DNA from: Gammaproteobacteria bacterium | Lineage (GTDB): Bacteria > Pseudomonadota > Gammaproteobacteria > SpSt-1174 | Reading direction: 5' to 3' | NCBI GenBank assembly: GCA_033839185.1 | Contig: JAJLKJ010000078.1 | Location: 1 to 45,291, forward strand | DNA length: 45,291 nt | Shown: piece by piece, positions 24,228-32,366 of the stretch | Position numbering within the stretch: the first letter of the stretch is position 1 | Layout: each line of letters opens with the position of its first letter | The notes under the pieces: generated by a model | What the model saw: only the letters and a program-made list of their open reading frames with translations | Databases searched by the model: none | What the model was told of the DNA's origin: nothing | Translations under genes and position numbers: made by a program

Positions 24228-24265
24228 GATACGCCAGTGCGCCGTTTTGCGCCTGCCCGCGTGGC

Positions 24266-25039
24266 CTAATTGCCGATCCAGCGTTGCAGTTCCCCGCGTT
24301 GCACCAGGGTGATGCTGCCATCGGTGGCCGGCCGTCCGGCCAGCCTCAGGGCATTGACCAGTGCCGGGTCGGCATCCGGGTGCGGACGCAGCGTCACGTT
24401 GAGCTGGTAGCGGCTGCCCTGGGTGAGCCGGAACTGGCCGCGTGCACTCAGTGGTTCCTCGCTGCTGGTGATGGTGCCAGTCACGATCTTGCCGGTGGTG
24501 GAGAAGTCGACGGTGAAATCGCCGAGTTCCAGGTCGCCGGGAAAGGTGAGGGCGACCTGCTGCAGCCTGAGCTGCCCCTCGATCAGCGTGATGCCGGTGG
24601 CATCGGCATGCGCATGGTCGATGCGCCCGGTGAGCCGGCCGCGGGTGGGGGCGAGACCGGGGGGGCGCGAGGTGATGGCCAGGACGTCCAGCGAGAGGTC
24701 GAGCTCGCTGATGTCGAGTTCGGACTCGTTCACCCAGACATGTGCACGCGCCTCCCCCAGCGGGCCGTTGAACTGCAGGTCGGCGCCGAGCCGTCCGATG
24801 AGCAGGGGCAGGAGGTCCAGTTGCCAGCTGACATCGCCCAACGGGCCCCGGCGATCAGATACGGCCGCCTGGCCGGACCAGACGCTGCCCTGGGGGTTGG
24901 CGAGTTTCAGTCCCTCGGGCAGCGCGATGCGCTCGAGCGCCAGCTGGGCGGGGAGCCCGGCCAGCAGGAACAGCAGGTAGGCGAGCAGGAACAGGCCGGC
25001 ATAGCCGAACACCGCCTTCGCCGTGACGGGTTTCATCAC
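24266..25039 (-). CDS. gspN: Type II secretion system protein N
   Basis: N-terminal TM (FGYAGLFLLAYLLFLLAGLPA), 257 aa. Position after gspM with an ATGA overlap. Confidence 0.8.
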   Translation of the reverse strand: MMKPVTAKAVFGYAGLFLLAYLLFLLAGLPAQLALERIALPEGLKLANPQGSVWSGQAAVSDRRGPLGDVSWQLDLLPLLIGRLGADLQFNGPLGEARAHVWVNESELDISELDLSLDVLAITSRPPGLAPTRGRLTGRIDHAHADATGITLIEGQLRLQQVALTFPGDLELGDFTVDFSTTGKIVTGTITSSEEPLSARGQFRLTQGSRYQLNVTLRPHPDADPALVNALRLAGRPATDGSITLVQRGELQRWIGN

Positions 25040-25515
25040 CGGCGCTCCAGGGTCAGGCGCACATCGACCCGGCAGGGCAGTTCGGTGCGGGTGAGCGTGA
25101 GGGTGGACACCATGATGGAATGCTCCAGTTCCAGGTCGCCGAGCCAGGTGACGAAGCCATCGAAGTTTACACTGCTGATCAGCAGCTCGATGGCCTGCTC
25201 ACCCTGGGGCGTCATGCGCTGGATCGTTTTGGCCAGTTCATGCCGTTGTGCGCTCTGGTTGACGATGGAGAGCAGCGAACCGCCCGCCTGCGCGAGGTTG
25301 GCATTGCGGGTGCGCAGGCGCGCCACTTCCACGGCGGCGGACTGCATCCAGGAGAAGCTCGCGCGTTGGGCCGCGACGCTGGTCTCCAGCTGCGTGATCT
25401 GGCGCTGTAGCGGTGCCCATGCCAGCACGTAGAAGAGCAGCGGCAGGGCGATGGCGCCCCCCGCGATCAGTATGCGCCGGTCGCGCGGGGTGAGCTGCTC
25501 GAGCCATGTCCTCAT
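25036..25515 (-). CDS. gspM: Type II secretion system protein M
   Basis: MRTWLEQLTPRDRRILIAGGAIALPLLFYVLAWAPL... is a typical GspM N-terminus plus TM. 159 aa. Overlaps the gspL stop. Confidence 0.88.
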   Translation of the reverse strand: MRTWLEQLTPRDRRILIAGGAIALPLLFYVLAWAPLQRQITQLETSVAAQRASFSWMQSAAVEVARLRTRNANLAQAGGSLLSIVNQSAQRHELAKTIQRMTPQGEQAIELLISSVNFDGFVTWLGDLELEHSIMVSTLTLTRTELPCRVDVRLTLERR

Positions 25516-26714
25516 CGTGTCTGCTCCACGTTGAGCCGGCCGATGACGCGGCTGCCCTGGGTGTCCACGGACTGCAGGCTGGCATTCAGGCCATTGGCCT
25601 GAATGGTCTGCTTGATCTGTTCCAGTGTGCCCGCGTCCCCTGTCTCGAGTTCGAGCTCCAGCCGGCCGTTGCGGAAGGTGATCAGGTTGATGCGCACCTG
25701 GTCGAGATCCGTGATCGCCCCTCCGGCGGTATCCAGCATGGTCAGGAAGGACGTGCCGGTGCCTCCCCGACTGCTGGCGCGGAAGGCCTCCAGGCGCTGT
25801 TCCATCAGCAGCCGGGGGTCAGGGACCCGGCTGGCATCCGGGAAGGTGTCGAGGTAGAGCGCGCGCATGGCGTCCTGATACTCCGCCTTCAGGTGGTCGA
25901 GCTCGCTGTAGTGCAGCAGGTCCTGGGCAAAGGTCAGCAACAGCCAGCTGGCCGCCAGTGCGGCCGCGATCCACCAGGGGGCGTGACGGCGTGCCAGGCG
26001 TCTGGAGCGGTAGGCCCCCTGCAGCAGGTTGAGCGGCGGATAACGGCCCCATGCGGGGGGGATCAGCGTGAGCGGGTTCCCGCCGCAGGGCAGCTCTTTT
26101 ACCGGGGTGCCGGAGGGCTGGGGGCTGGGGATGCCGGCCTCGCCGCAGCGCCAGACGTCGAGCCCCGCCGGGGTGTTGCTGGCCGCCTCCAGCGTCGCAG
26201 ACAGCAGGGCCTCGAACGCCCTGTCGTCCGCGGCGAGGCCGCAGGCGGGCCCGGTGCGCAGCAGCCCGCGCCGGCCCTCGAGCAGCAGGCTGACATGCCC
26301 CTCGGTGAACGGCAGTGCCAGGACATCCGGTACCAGTGCATGGGGGTAGAGGCCGTTGCTCTCGAGACCGGTCAGCCATGTCTGCAGGCGTTTCCGGGCA
26401 ACCACGGCAACGGGTACCGGATCGTTGTCTTCGGCCTTGCCGAAGGCGAAGTGCAGGTTCTCGACATCCTCGGCGAGCTCGTCCTCCAGGACGTAGGGTG
26501 TCGCGCGGTTGAGTTCCCGGCGATTGGGGATGGTCACCTCGGTGAGCAGGACGTCCTCGGCCGGAACCAGCCAGAGCAGGCGTGCATCCTCGCAGATACC
26601 TGCCAGCTCGGCGAAACCGCCCTCGCCGAACTGCGGTTCGCCGCTGGACGGATCGACACGCCATTGCAGCAGGTCAGGTGCATGCGGATGCTGACGGGCG
26701 ATCACGGTATCCAT
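25512..26714 (-). CDS. gspL: Type II secretion system protein L
   Basis: GspL motif ATPYVLEDELAEDVENLHFAFG, a central TM (WWIAAALAASWLLLTF) and a periplasmic C-terminal domain. Confidence 0.9.
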   Translation of the reverse strand: MDTVIARQHPHAPDLLQWRVDPSSGEPQFGEGGFAELAGICEDARLLWLVPAEDVLLTEVTIPNRRELNRATPYVLEDELAEDVENLHFAFGKAEDNDPVPVAVVARKRLQTWLTGLESNGLYPHALVPDVLALPFTEGHVSLLLEGRRGLLRTGPACGLAADDRAFEALLSATLEAASNTPAGLDVWRCGEAGIPSPQPSGTPVKELPCGGNPLTLIPPAWGRYPPLNLLQGAYRSRRLARRHAPWWIAAALAASWLLLTFAQDLLHYSELDHLKAEYQDAMRALYLDTFPDASRVPDPRLLMEQRLEAFRASSRGGTGTSFLTMLDTAGGAITDLDQVRINLITFRNGRLELELETGDAGTLEQIKQTIQANGLNASLQSVDTQGSRVIGRLNVEQTR

Positions 26715-26718
26715 GGCG

Positions 26719-27645
26719 TCAGAAGAGCTCCTGGCGACGATGCAGGATTTTCAGTGTACCGTTTTCCTCGCGCCGTATCAGGCTGAACAGCGAGAGTTCG
26801 GCGCTGGCGAAACGCACCTGGCTGTAGAGGGCAAAATGACGCGAGCTGACGCTCAGGCCGGTGCGTTCGATGCCCGAACCCTTGAGCGCCGGCAGGGACA
26901 GGAGGGCGTCGACCGAGGCAAAGGGTGTCGCGGTTCTGGCCTCGAGGACGGTCGCGATCGCGTCCTCGGGGATGCCGATGGCGGCAAGCAGCTCGGGCGA
27001 GGCCGTGTTGATATTGATGGGCGTGGCGTCGGGCAGGGCGGTGACCTGTGGCGCGAGGCGCTGATAGCCCTCCTCGTCGATGCCCGCCACCAGCCGCAAT
27101 TCCGTCGGGCTCAGCATGCGTGCATTGGGTGGCAGGTAGGGCGGGTCGAGGCGGGTATAGCTGTCGTCCTCCGCGCCGAACATGCCCTGGGGTTCGCGGT
27201 CGGCATCGATCCAGTCGACGATGGCAGCAGCCAGTTCCGGGGGCAGCTCCAGCTCCGCCAGCAACCGCTCCAGGCGGGCGAGCGCGACGCCGTCGAGCTT
27301 GCCGTCGGCGGTGAGCAGGCTGTTGAGGTTGAACCGCCCCTGCAGGTCGATGATCTGGCCGGCAATCATGGCCTGGTCGGAGAGGGGCAGGCTGGCGGGC
27401 TGTGCCCAGGTCTCGTCCGGCGAGTCGATGCCGGGGTCATCCTCCATGAGCGCGATCTGCGCCAGACCCTCGGCGGCGTGCACGTATTCCATCGCCTGAT
27501 CGTGTGCCAGCAGGTTGTGACTCTGGCGAATGCCGAGTTGCTGGTCGAAGGCGAGAAAGGCCGCGGCAGACACGGCTACGGCCACCACGGCCATGGCCGT
27601 GATGAGTGCGACACCCTGCTGTCGATGTGCGTGATGCTGCATCAT
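26719..27645 (-). CDS. gspK: Type II secretion minor pseudopilin K
   Basis: Starts MMQHHAHRQQGVALITAMAVVAVAV (pseudopilin-like hydrophobic segment). The ATG overlaps the gspJ TGA (ATGATG at 27640-27645). The 528-aa track ORF extension upstream has no support. Confidence 0.88.
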   Translation of the reverse strand: MMQHHAHRQQGVALITAMAVVAVAVSAAAFLAFDQQLGIRQSHNLLAHDQAMEYVHAAEGLAQIALMEDDPGIDSPDETWAQPASLPLSDQAMIAGQIIDLQGRFNLNSLLTADGKLDGVALARLERLLAELELPPELAAAIVDWIDADREPQGMFGAEDDSYTRLDPPYLPPNARMLSPTELRLVAGIDEEGYQRLAPQVTALPDATPININTASPELLAAIGIPEDAIATVLEARTATPFASVDALLSLPALKGSGIERTGLSVSSRHFALYSQVRFASAELSLFSLIRREENGTLKILHRRQELF

Positions 27646-28247
27646 GTCCCCACCTGCAGCAGTCGCTCTATCGGACCCCAGCGCGGATGGTCGATGGTCA
27701 GTTGTACGGCGCGCGGCGGGACGTTCGGGTCGACTGCGTCCGGTGGCGGCCAGTCCGTGACCCACTGCCCGTCGGTCGTCAGGAAGCGGACGTCCGCCCC
27801 CTGTGTGCCTTCGAGCATCACGGCAGTGGACGCCGTATCCGCTGGCGCGCCGTCGACATGCACCCAGCTCAGGCGCAACAGCCGGTCGCCATCCAGCACA
27901 TAGCTCAGGCGTAACAGTTCGCTGCGGGGGGCGGCGGCGGGGTTGGGCCAGCCGGTCCGCGTGAAGGTGAAGAGCGTTCCCGTGCCGGGGCCGCCGAACC
28001 AGGCCGGCTGGGTGTCGCCAAGGGCATCCCGGGAAGGGCGTGCCACCGCATGGGCGAGGTCGCGCTCGAGCATCAGCATGTCGCGCTGCAGCAGCATGAG
28101 GTCCTGGCTCATGGCGTCGACCTCGGCCCGGGTGTCGAGTATGGCCACCAGGCCCACCTGGATGATCCCGGCCATGATCGCGAAGATCGCCACCGAGACC
28201 AGAAGCTCCAGCAGGGTGAATCCCTGCATGTGCCGCGCCCCGGTCAT
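27642..28247 (-). CDS. gspJ: Type II secretion minor pseudopilin J
   Basis: Prepilin motif QGFTLLELLVSVAIFAIMAG. 201 aa. Overlaps the gspI stop. Confidence 0.9.
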   Translation of the reverse strand: MTGARHMQGFTLLELLVSVAIFAIMAGIIQVGLVAILDTRAEVDAMSQDLMLLQRDMLMLERDLAHAVARPSRDALGDTQPAWFGGPGTGTLFTFTRTGWPNPAAAPRSELLRLSYVLDGDRLLRLSWVHVDGAPADTASTAVMLEGTQGADVRFLTTDGQWVTDWPPPDAVDPNVPPRAVQLTIDHPRWGPIERLLQVGT

Positions 28248-28648
28248 CGGCGACTGCCTCCGGCGGCAGGACTGACGGACTGCGGTTGCAGCAGATAGCT
28301 TTCAAGACGGGTGCGCACGGAATCGCGCGGATCCGCTTCCAGGCGCACCGTGATCTCGATGCGGCGCAGGCGCGCGTCCTCGGTACTGTTCACCCTGCGC
28401 TCCCAGTGCCAGTCGCGCCCGGCGAGCTGCAGCGTGCCGCGTTGCTCCCCGGGGCGCGGCCACTCCTGGCGTATGCGCAGTCCGGTGATGTGGTCACGGG
28501 CGATCCAGTGCGCGAAGCTGGCAATCTGCATGGCATCGGTGTTGCTCACTGCCTGCAGGGTGGTGCGTTGTACGGCCGCCAGCGCCACGGCCACCACCGC
28601 CAGTGCGACCAGCAGTTCGATCAGGGTGAAACCAGCGGGCCGGCGCAT
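28244..28648 (-). CDS. gspI: Type II secretion minor pseudopilin I
   Basis: MRRPAGFTLIELLVALAVVAVAL prepilin leader/cleavage motif. 134 aa. Confidence 0.9.
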   Translation of the reverse strand: MRRPAGFTLIELLVALAVVAVALAAVQRTTLQAVSNTDAMQIASFAHWIARDHITGLRIRQEWPRPGEQRGTLQLAGRDWHWERRVNSTEDARLRRIEITVRLEADPRDSVRTRLESYLLQPQSVSPAAGGSRR

Positions 28649-28652
28649 CGGG

Positions 28653-29141
28653 CTACGGCTCCCGTGTCAGGGACAGATGCCCCAGGGCGTCGCCGCTCAG
28701 GCTGACCCGTCGGTCGTCGGTGAAAAACTCGACGGTAAAGGGCTGCATCTCCCCGGAGGACAGGATGAAGACCTGGGGCTGATCGGCCCGGCTGCCACCG
28801 AGCGCGATGCGGATGCCATCCAGATAGACCTCGGCCCGTACCGGGTCGGCATAGCGGTGCGGCATCAGCAGGCGGTCGCCGGAGTAGGGCACCCAGGCCC
28901 GGTCGCGATCCAATCGTTGAAACTCATATCCGGACGGGTCGAAGCTGATCCCCAGCTGGCGATTGTGGAGCATGGCATCCTGCTGGGCGTAGGCGATGAC
29001 GGCCTGCAGGCGATGGCTTTCCTGTTCGAGTTTCTCGCCGGCGGAGTCGAACAGGGTCAGCGAAACGCTGCCGATGATCACCGCCATGATGACGGTGACC
29101 ACCAGTATCTCGATCAGGGTAAAACCGCGCGCGTGAAACAT
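28653..29141 (-). CDS. gspH: Type II secretion minor pseudopilin H
   Basis: MFHARGFTLIEILVVTVIMAVIIG prepilin motif. The ATG at 29141 is in frame within the longer track ORF. 162 aa. Confidence 0.88.
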   Translation of the reverse strand: MFHARGFTLIEILVVTVIMAVIIGSVSLTLFDSAGEKLEQESHRLQAVIAYAQQDAMLHNRQLGISFDPSGYEFQRLDRDRAWVPYSGDRLLMPHRYADPVRAEVYLDGIRIALGGSRADQPQVFILSSGEMQPFTVEFFTDDRRVSLSGDALGHLSLTREP

Positions 29142-29158
29142 GGCCTGCAGCCGGCTGC

Positions 29159-29605
29159 CTACTCGAGATTCCAGTTGCCGATGTCGTCGTCGCTGGGCTG
29201 CTGGTCGGGCCCCAGTGAATAGATGTCGATCTCGCCGCGTTGCCCCGGGTTCAGATAGAGGTAGGGATTGCCCCAGGGATCGTTTGGCAGGCGTTTGATG
29301 TAACCCCCCGTCTTCCAGTTGCGCGGCTCGGGCATGCCGCTGGGCTTTTCGATCAGGGCCTGGAGCCCCTGGTCGGTGCTGGGGTAGTGGAAGTTGTTGG
29401 CACGGTAGATCTCCAGGGCGCTTTCCAGCGTGCGGATGTCGGTCTTGGCACGCGTGATGGCGGCCCTCTCCGGCTCGTCCACCACGTTGGGGATGATGGC
29501 CGCGGCGAGGATGGCGAGGATCACCACCACCACGATCACTTCGATGAGCGTGAAGCCATGCTGGGATCTGCCGCATGACGATGGGATTGCATGAGTCTTG
29601 TGCAT
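29159..29605 (-). CDS. gspG: Type II secretion major pseudopilin G
   Basis: GFTLIEVIVVVVILAILAAAIIPNV ... DPWGNPYLYLNPGQRGEIDIYSLGPDQ is typical GspG. Start at the ATG at 29605 (AAGGA SD 8 nt upstream), giving a 17-aa leader. Confidence 0.93.
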   Translation of the reverse strand: MHKTHAIPSSCGRSQHGFTLIEVIVVVVILAILAAAIIPNVVDEPERAAITRAKTDIRTLESALEIYRANNFHYPSTDQGLQALIEKPSGMPEPRNWKTGGYIKRLPNDPWGNPYLYLNPGQRGEIDIYSLGPDQQPSDDDIGNWNLE

Positions 29606-29628
29606 GACGGACGTTCCTTCTGGTTGCA

Positions 29629-30846
29629 TTAGCCGAACATCTGCTGGCTTTCGAAGATGGGCAGCAGAATGGCCAGTACGATCAATAGCACCACGCCGCC
29701 CATGGCGATGATCAGCAGCGGCTCGAATACGCCGAGCGCCATGGCGATCGTGGCATCGGTCTCGCGTTCCTGCTGGGTGGCGGCGCGTTCCAGCATGTTG
29801 TCCAGTTCGCCACTGCTTTCCCCGCTGGCGATGAGATGGATGGTCATGGGCGGGAAGTGCCCCGCGTCCTCCAGGGCGCGATGAATGGCCGTGCCTTCCC
29901 TCACCCTGACGGCAACCTGCTCGACCGCCGCGCGCATCGGCAGGTTGCTGATCACCTGGGCCGAGATCTGCAGCGCCTGCAGGATCGGTACGCCACTGGC
30001 GGCGAGGATGCTCAGGGTGCGCGCAAAACGGGCGGCATTGAGGCCGCGTACCAGTGCGCCGAACAGCGGCAGGCGCAGCTGCAGTGCATGGACGCGGCGG
30101 CGGAAGGCCGGACGCCGCATCAGGCGGAAGAAACCCGCTGTCAGCAGGGCAACGCCGATCAGCAGCACGATGCCCCAGTCGCGGGCGATGTCGCTGCTGG
30201 CGAGCAGGATGCGGGTGAGCAGCGGGAGTTCCTGTCCCAGGTTGTCGAAGACCTCGACCACCTTGGGCACCACGAAACCGAGCAGGCCGGCGAGCACCGC
30301 GAGCGCCATGATGCTGAGCAGGACCGGATAGAGCATGGCCTGTACCAGTCGCTGATGCATGGTCTGACGTGATTCGGTGTAGTCGGCCAGGCGTTCGAGT
30401 ACTGCATCGAGATAGCCCGATTCCTCACCGGCGGCGACCGTGGCGCGATAGAGCTCGGGAAAGGCCTGCGGGTAATCGGCCAGCCCGCTCGCCAGGGGAT
30501 GACCTTCCACCACGCGGGCCCGCACGGCCAGGATGATGCCTTTCACGCTGCGCCGATGCGTCTGTCGCGAGATGGTGGTCAGCGCCTCCTCCAGGGGTGA
30601 GCCGGCATGCAGCAGTGTGGCGAGCTGTCGGGTGAACAGCGCCAGGTCGGCGGCCGTCATCTTCCTGCGCCACAGGCGCCCGCCGATCCCCGCAGGCTGC
30701 TCGCGTCGGTCCACCGGGCTGACTTCCAGCGGCGTGAGTCCGCCTTCGCGCAGCAGCTGGCGGACCTGGTGGGCGTTGTCCCCCTCCATCACGCCGCGTT
30801 CCTTGCGGCCGGAGGGTTTGAGCGCGGTGTATTCGAAGGCGGGCAT
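29629..30846 (-). CDS. gspF: Type II secretion inner-membrane platform protein F
   Basis: 405 aa with duplicated GspF/PilC domains (FTRQLATLLHAGSPLEEAL; FARTLSILAASGVPILQAL). Confidence 0.95.
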   Translation of the reverse strand: MPAFEYTALKPSGRKERGVMEGDNAHQVRQLLREGGLTPLEVSPVDRREQPAGIGGRLWRRKMTAADLALFTRQLATLLHAGSPLEEALTTISRQTHRRSVKGIILAVRARVVEGHPLASGLADYPQAFPELYRATVAAGEESGYLDAVLERLADYTESRQTMHQRLVQAMLYPVLLSIMALAVLAGLLGFVVPKVVEVFDNLGQELPLLTRILLASSDIARDWGIVLLIGVALLTAGFFRLMRRPAFRRRVHALQLRLPLFGALVRGLNAARFARTLSILAASGVPILQALQISAQVISNLPMRAAVEQVAVRVREGTAIHRALEDAGHFPPMTIHLIASGESSGELDNMLERAATQQERETDATIAMALGVFEPLLIIAMGGVVLLIVLAILLPIFESQQMFG

Positions 30847-30856
30847 GACCGGTGTC

Positions 30857-32359
30857 CTACTCGTCTTCGCGAGTCACGCGCAGCACTTCTTCCAGCGTGG
30901 TGTCGCCGGCCAGTACGCGACGCAGGCCGTCCTGCCGGATGCTGGGCGCGATGTCGCGGGCATGCCGTTCCAGCGCGTGTTCGGCCGCGCCGTCGTGGAT
31001 GAGGCGACGCAAGGTCGCATCGACGGGCACCAGCTCGTAGATGCCGGTGCGGCCGCTGTAACCGGTGTGGTTGCACTCCGGGCAGCCGACGGCGCGGTAA
31101 AGGGTCGGCGGATCCTGCGGGTCCGCCTTGAGCAGCCCGCATTCCGTGGTGTCGGCCGGGTAGGGCTGGCGGCACTGCCTGCAGAGGGTGCGGACGAGCC
31201 GCTGGGCGAGCATGCCGAGCAGCGTGGAGGCGAGCAGATAGGGCTCCACGCCCATGTCCCGCAGCCGGGTGATTGCGCCGACGGCCGTGTTGGTGTGCAG
31301 GGTGGAAAACACCAGGTGGCCGGTGAGGCTCGCCTGGATGGCGATGTGCACGGTTTCGATGTCGCGGATCTCGCCGACCATGACCACATCCGGGTCCTGG
31401 CGCAGGATGGCGCGCAGCCCCCGGGCGAAACTCATGTCGACCTTGCTGTTGACCTGGGTCTGACCGATGCCGTCGATGAAGTATTCGATGGGGTCTTCCA
31501 CCGTCAGGATGTTGCGGCTGCTGTCGTTCAGGTGGGCCAGTGCCGCGTACAGCGTGGTGGTCTTGCCGGAACCGGTGGGGCCGGTGACGAGCAGTATCCC
31601 GTGGGGTTTGGCGATGAGGTCCCTGAGGCGCTCATGGGTCTGCGGGTCCATGCCCAGGCGGCCGAGTTCGAGCCGGCCGGCCTGCTTGTCGAGCAGGCGC
31701 AGCACGATGCGTTCCCCGTAACCGGACGGCAGGGTGGAGACGCGCACATCGATGGGGTGCCCGGCGACCTTGAGCGAGATGCGCCCGTCCTGTGGCAGGC
31801 GCTTTTCGGCGATGTCGAGCCGCGCCATGACCTTGATGCGCGAGGTGATCAGCGGACCGAGGGCGCGAGGCGGCTCGAGGATCTCGTGCAGCACGCCATC
31901 CACGCGCAGGCGCACGAGCAGACGGTCCTCGAAACTCTCGATGTGGATGTCCGAGGCATTTTCCTTGATGGCCTGGGTGAGGATGGCATTGATCAGGCGG
32001 ATGATGGGGGCGTCATCCTCGGATTCGAGCAGGTCCTCCGGTTCCGGCAGGGAGGCCGCCACGCTGTCCAGGTCGAGCTCCTCGCCCAGGTCGCTCATCA
32101 TGGCCTGCGCGCCGTCATCGGCCAGCTGATAGGCCTCTGCCAGGCGGGTGTCGAATTGCACGGCATCGATGGGGCGGAGCTCTACCGGCTGGCCGAGGAA
32201 GCGGCGCAGCTCCGCGATCAGGCGTGGTTTCGGCCGGTCGCGATGATAGATGATGACGGCACCGTCGGCCGTCTGCTCCACGAGCAGGCCATGACGCCTG
32301 GCGAAGCCATAGGGCGGGCGCTGAAGCGTCTCGCTCGGACTGTCGGCGGCTGCACTCAT
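30857..32359 (-). CDS. gspE: Type II secretion ATPase E
   Basis: Walker A GPTGSGKTTTLYAAL, Asp/His boxes, tetracysteine motif (CRQC ... CPECNHTGYSGR). 500 aa. Confidence 0.96.
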   Translation of the reverse strand: MSAAADSPSETLQRPPYGFARRHGLLVEQTADGAVIIYHRDRPKPRLIAELRRFLGQPVELRPIDAVQFDTRLAEAYQLADDGAQAMMSDLGEELDLDSVAASLPEPEDLLESEDDAPIIRLINAILTQAIKENASDIHIESFEDRLLVRLRVDGVLHEILEPPRALGPLITSRIKVMARLDIAEKRLPQDGRISLKVAGHPIDVRVSTLPSGYGERIVLRLLDKQAGRLELGRLGMDPQTHERLRDLIAKPHGILLVTGPTGSGKTTTLYAALAHLNDSSRNILTVEDPIEYFIDGIGQTQVNSKVDMSFARGLRAILRQDPDVVMVGEIRDIETVHIAIQASLTGHLVFSTLHTNTAVGAITRLRDMGVEPYLLASTLLGMLAQRLVRTLCRQCRQPYPADTTECGLLKADPQDPPTLYRAVGCPECNHTGYSGRTGIYELVPVDATLRRLIHDGAAEHALERHARDIAPSIRQDGLRRVLAGDTTLEEVLRVTREDE

Positions 32360-32366
32360 GTCGTGT

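Noticed and set aside
27646-28305. N-terminal 220-aa extension of the gspK frame (track ORF 26719-28305).
   Set aside because: The extension overlaps gspJ and gspI in another frame and is Arg/Pro/Gly-rich. The ATG at 27645 gives a canonical GspK N-terminus and overlaps the gspJ stop.
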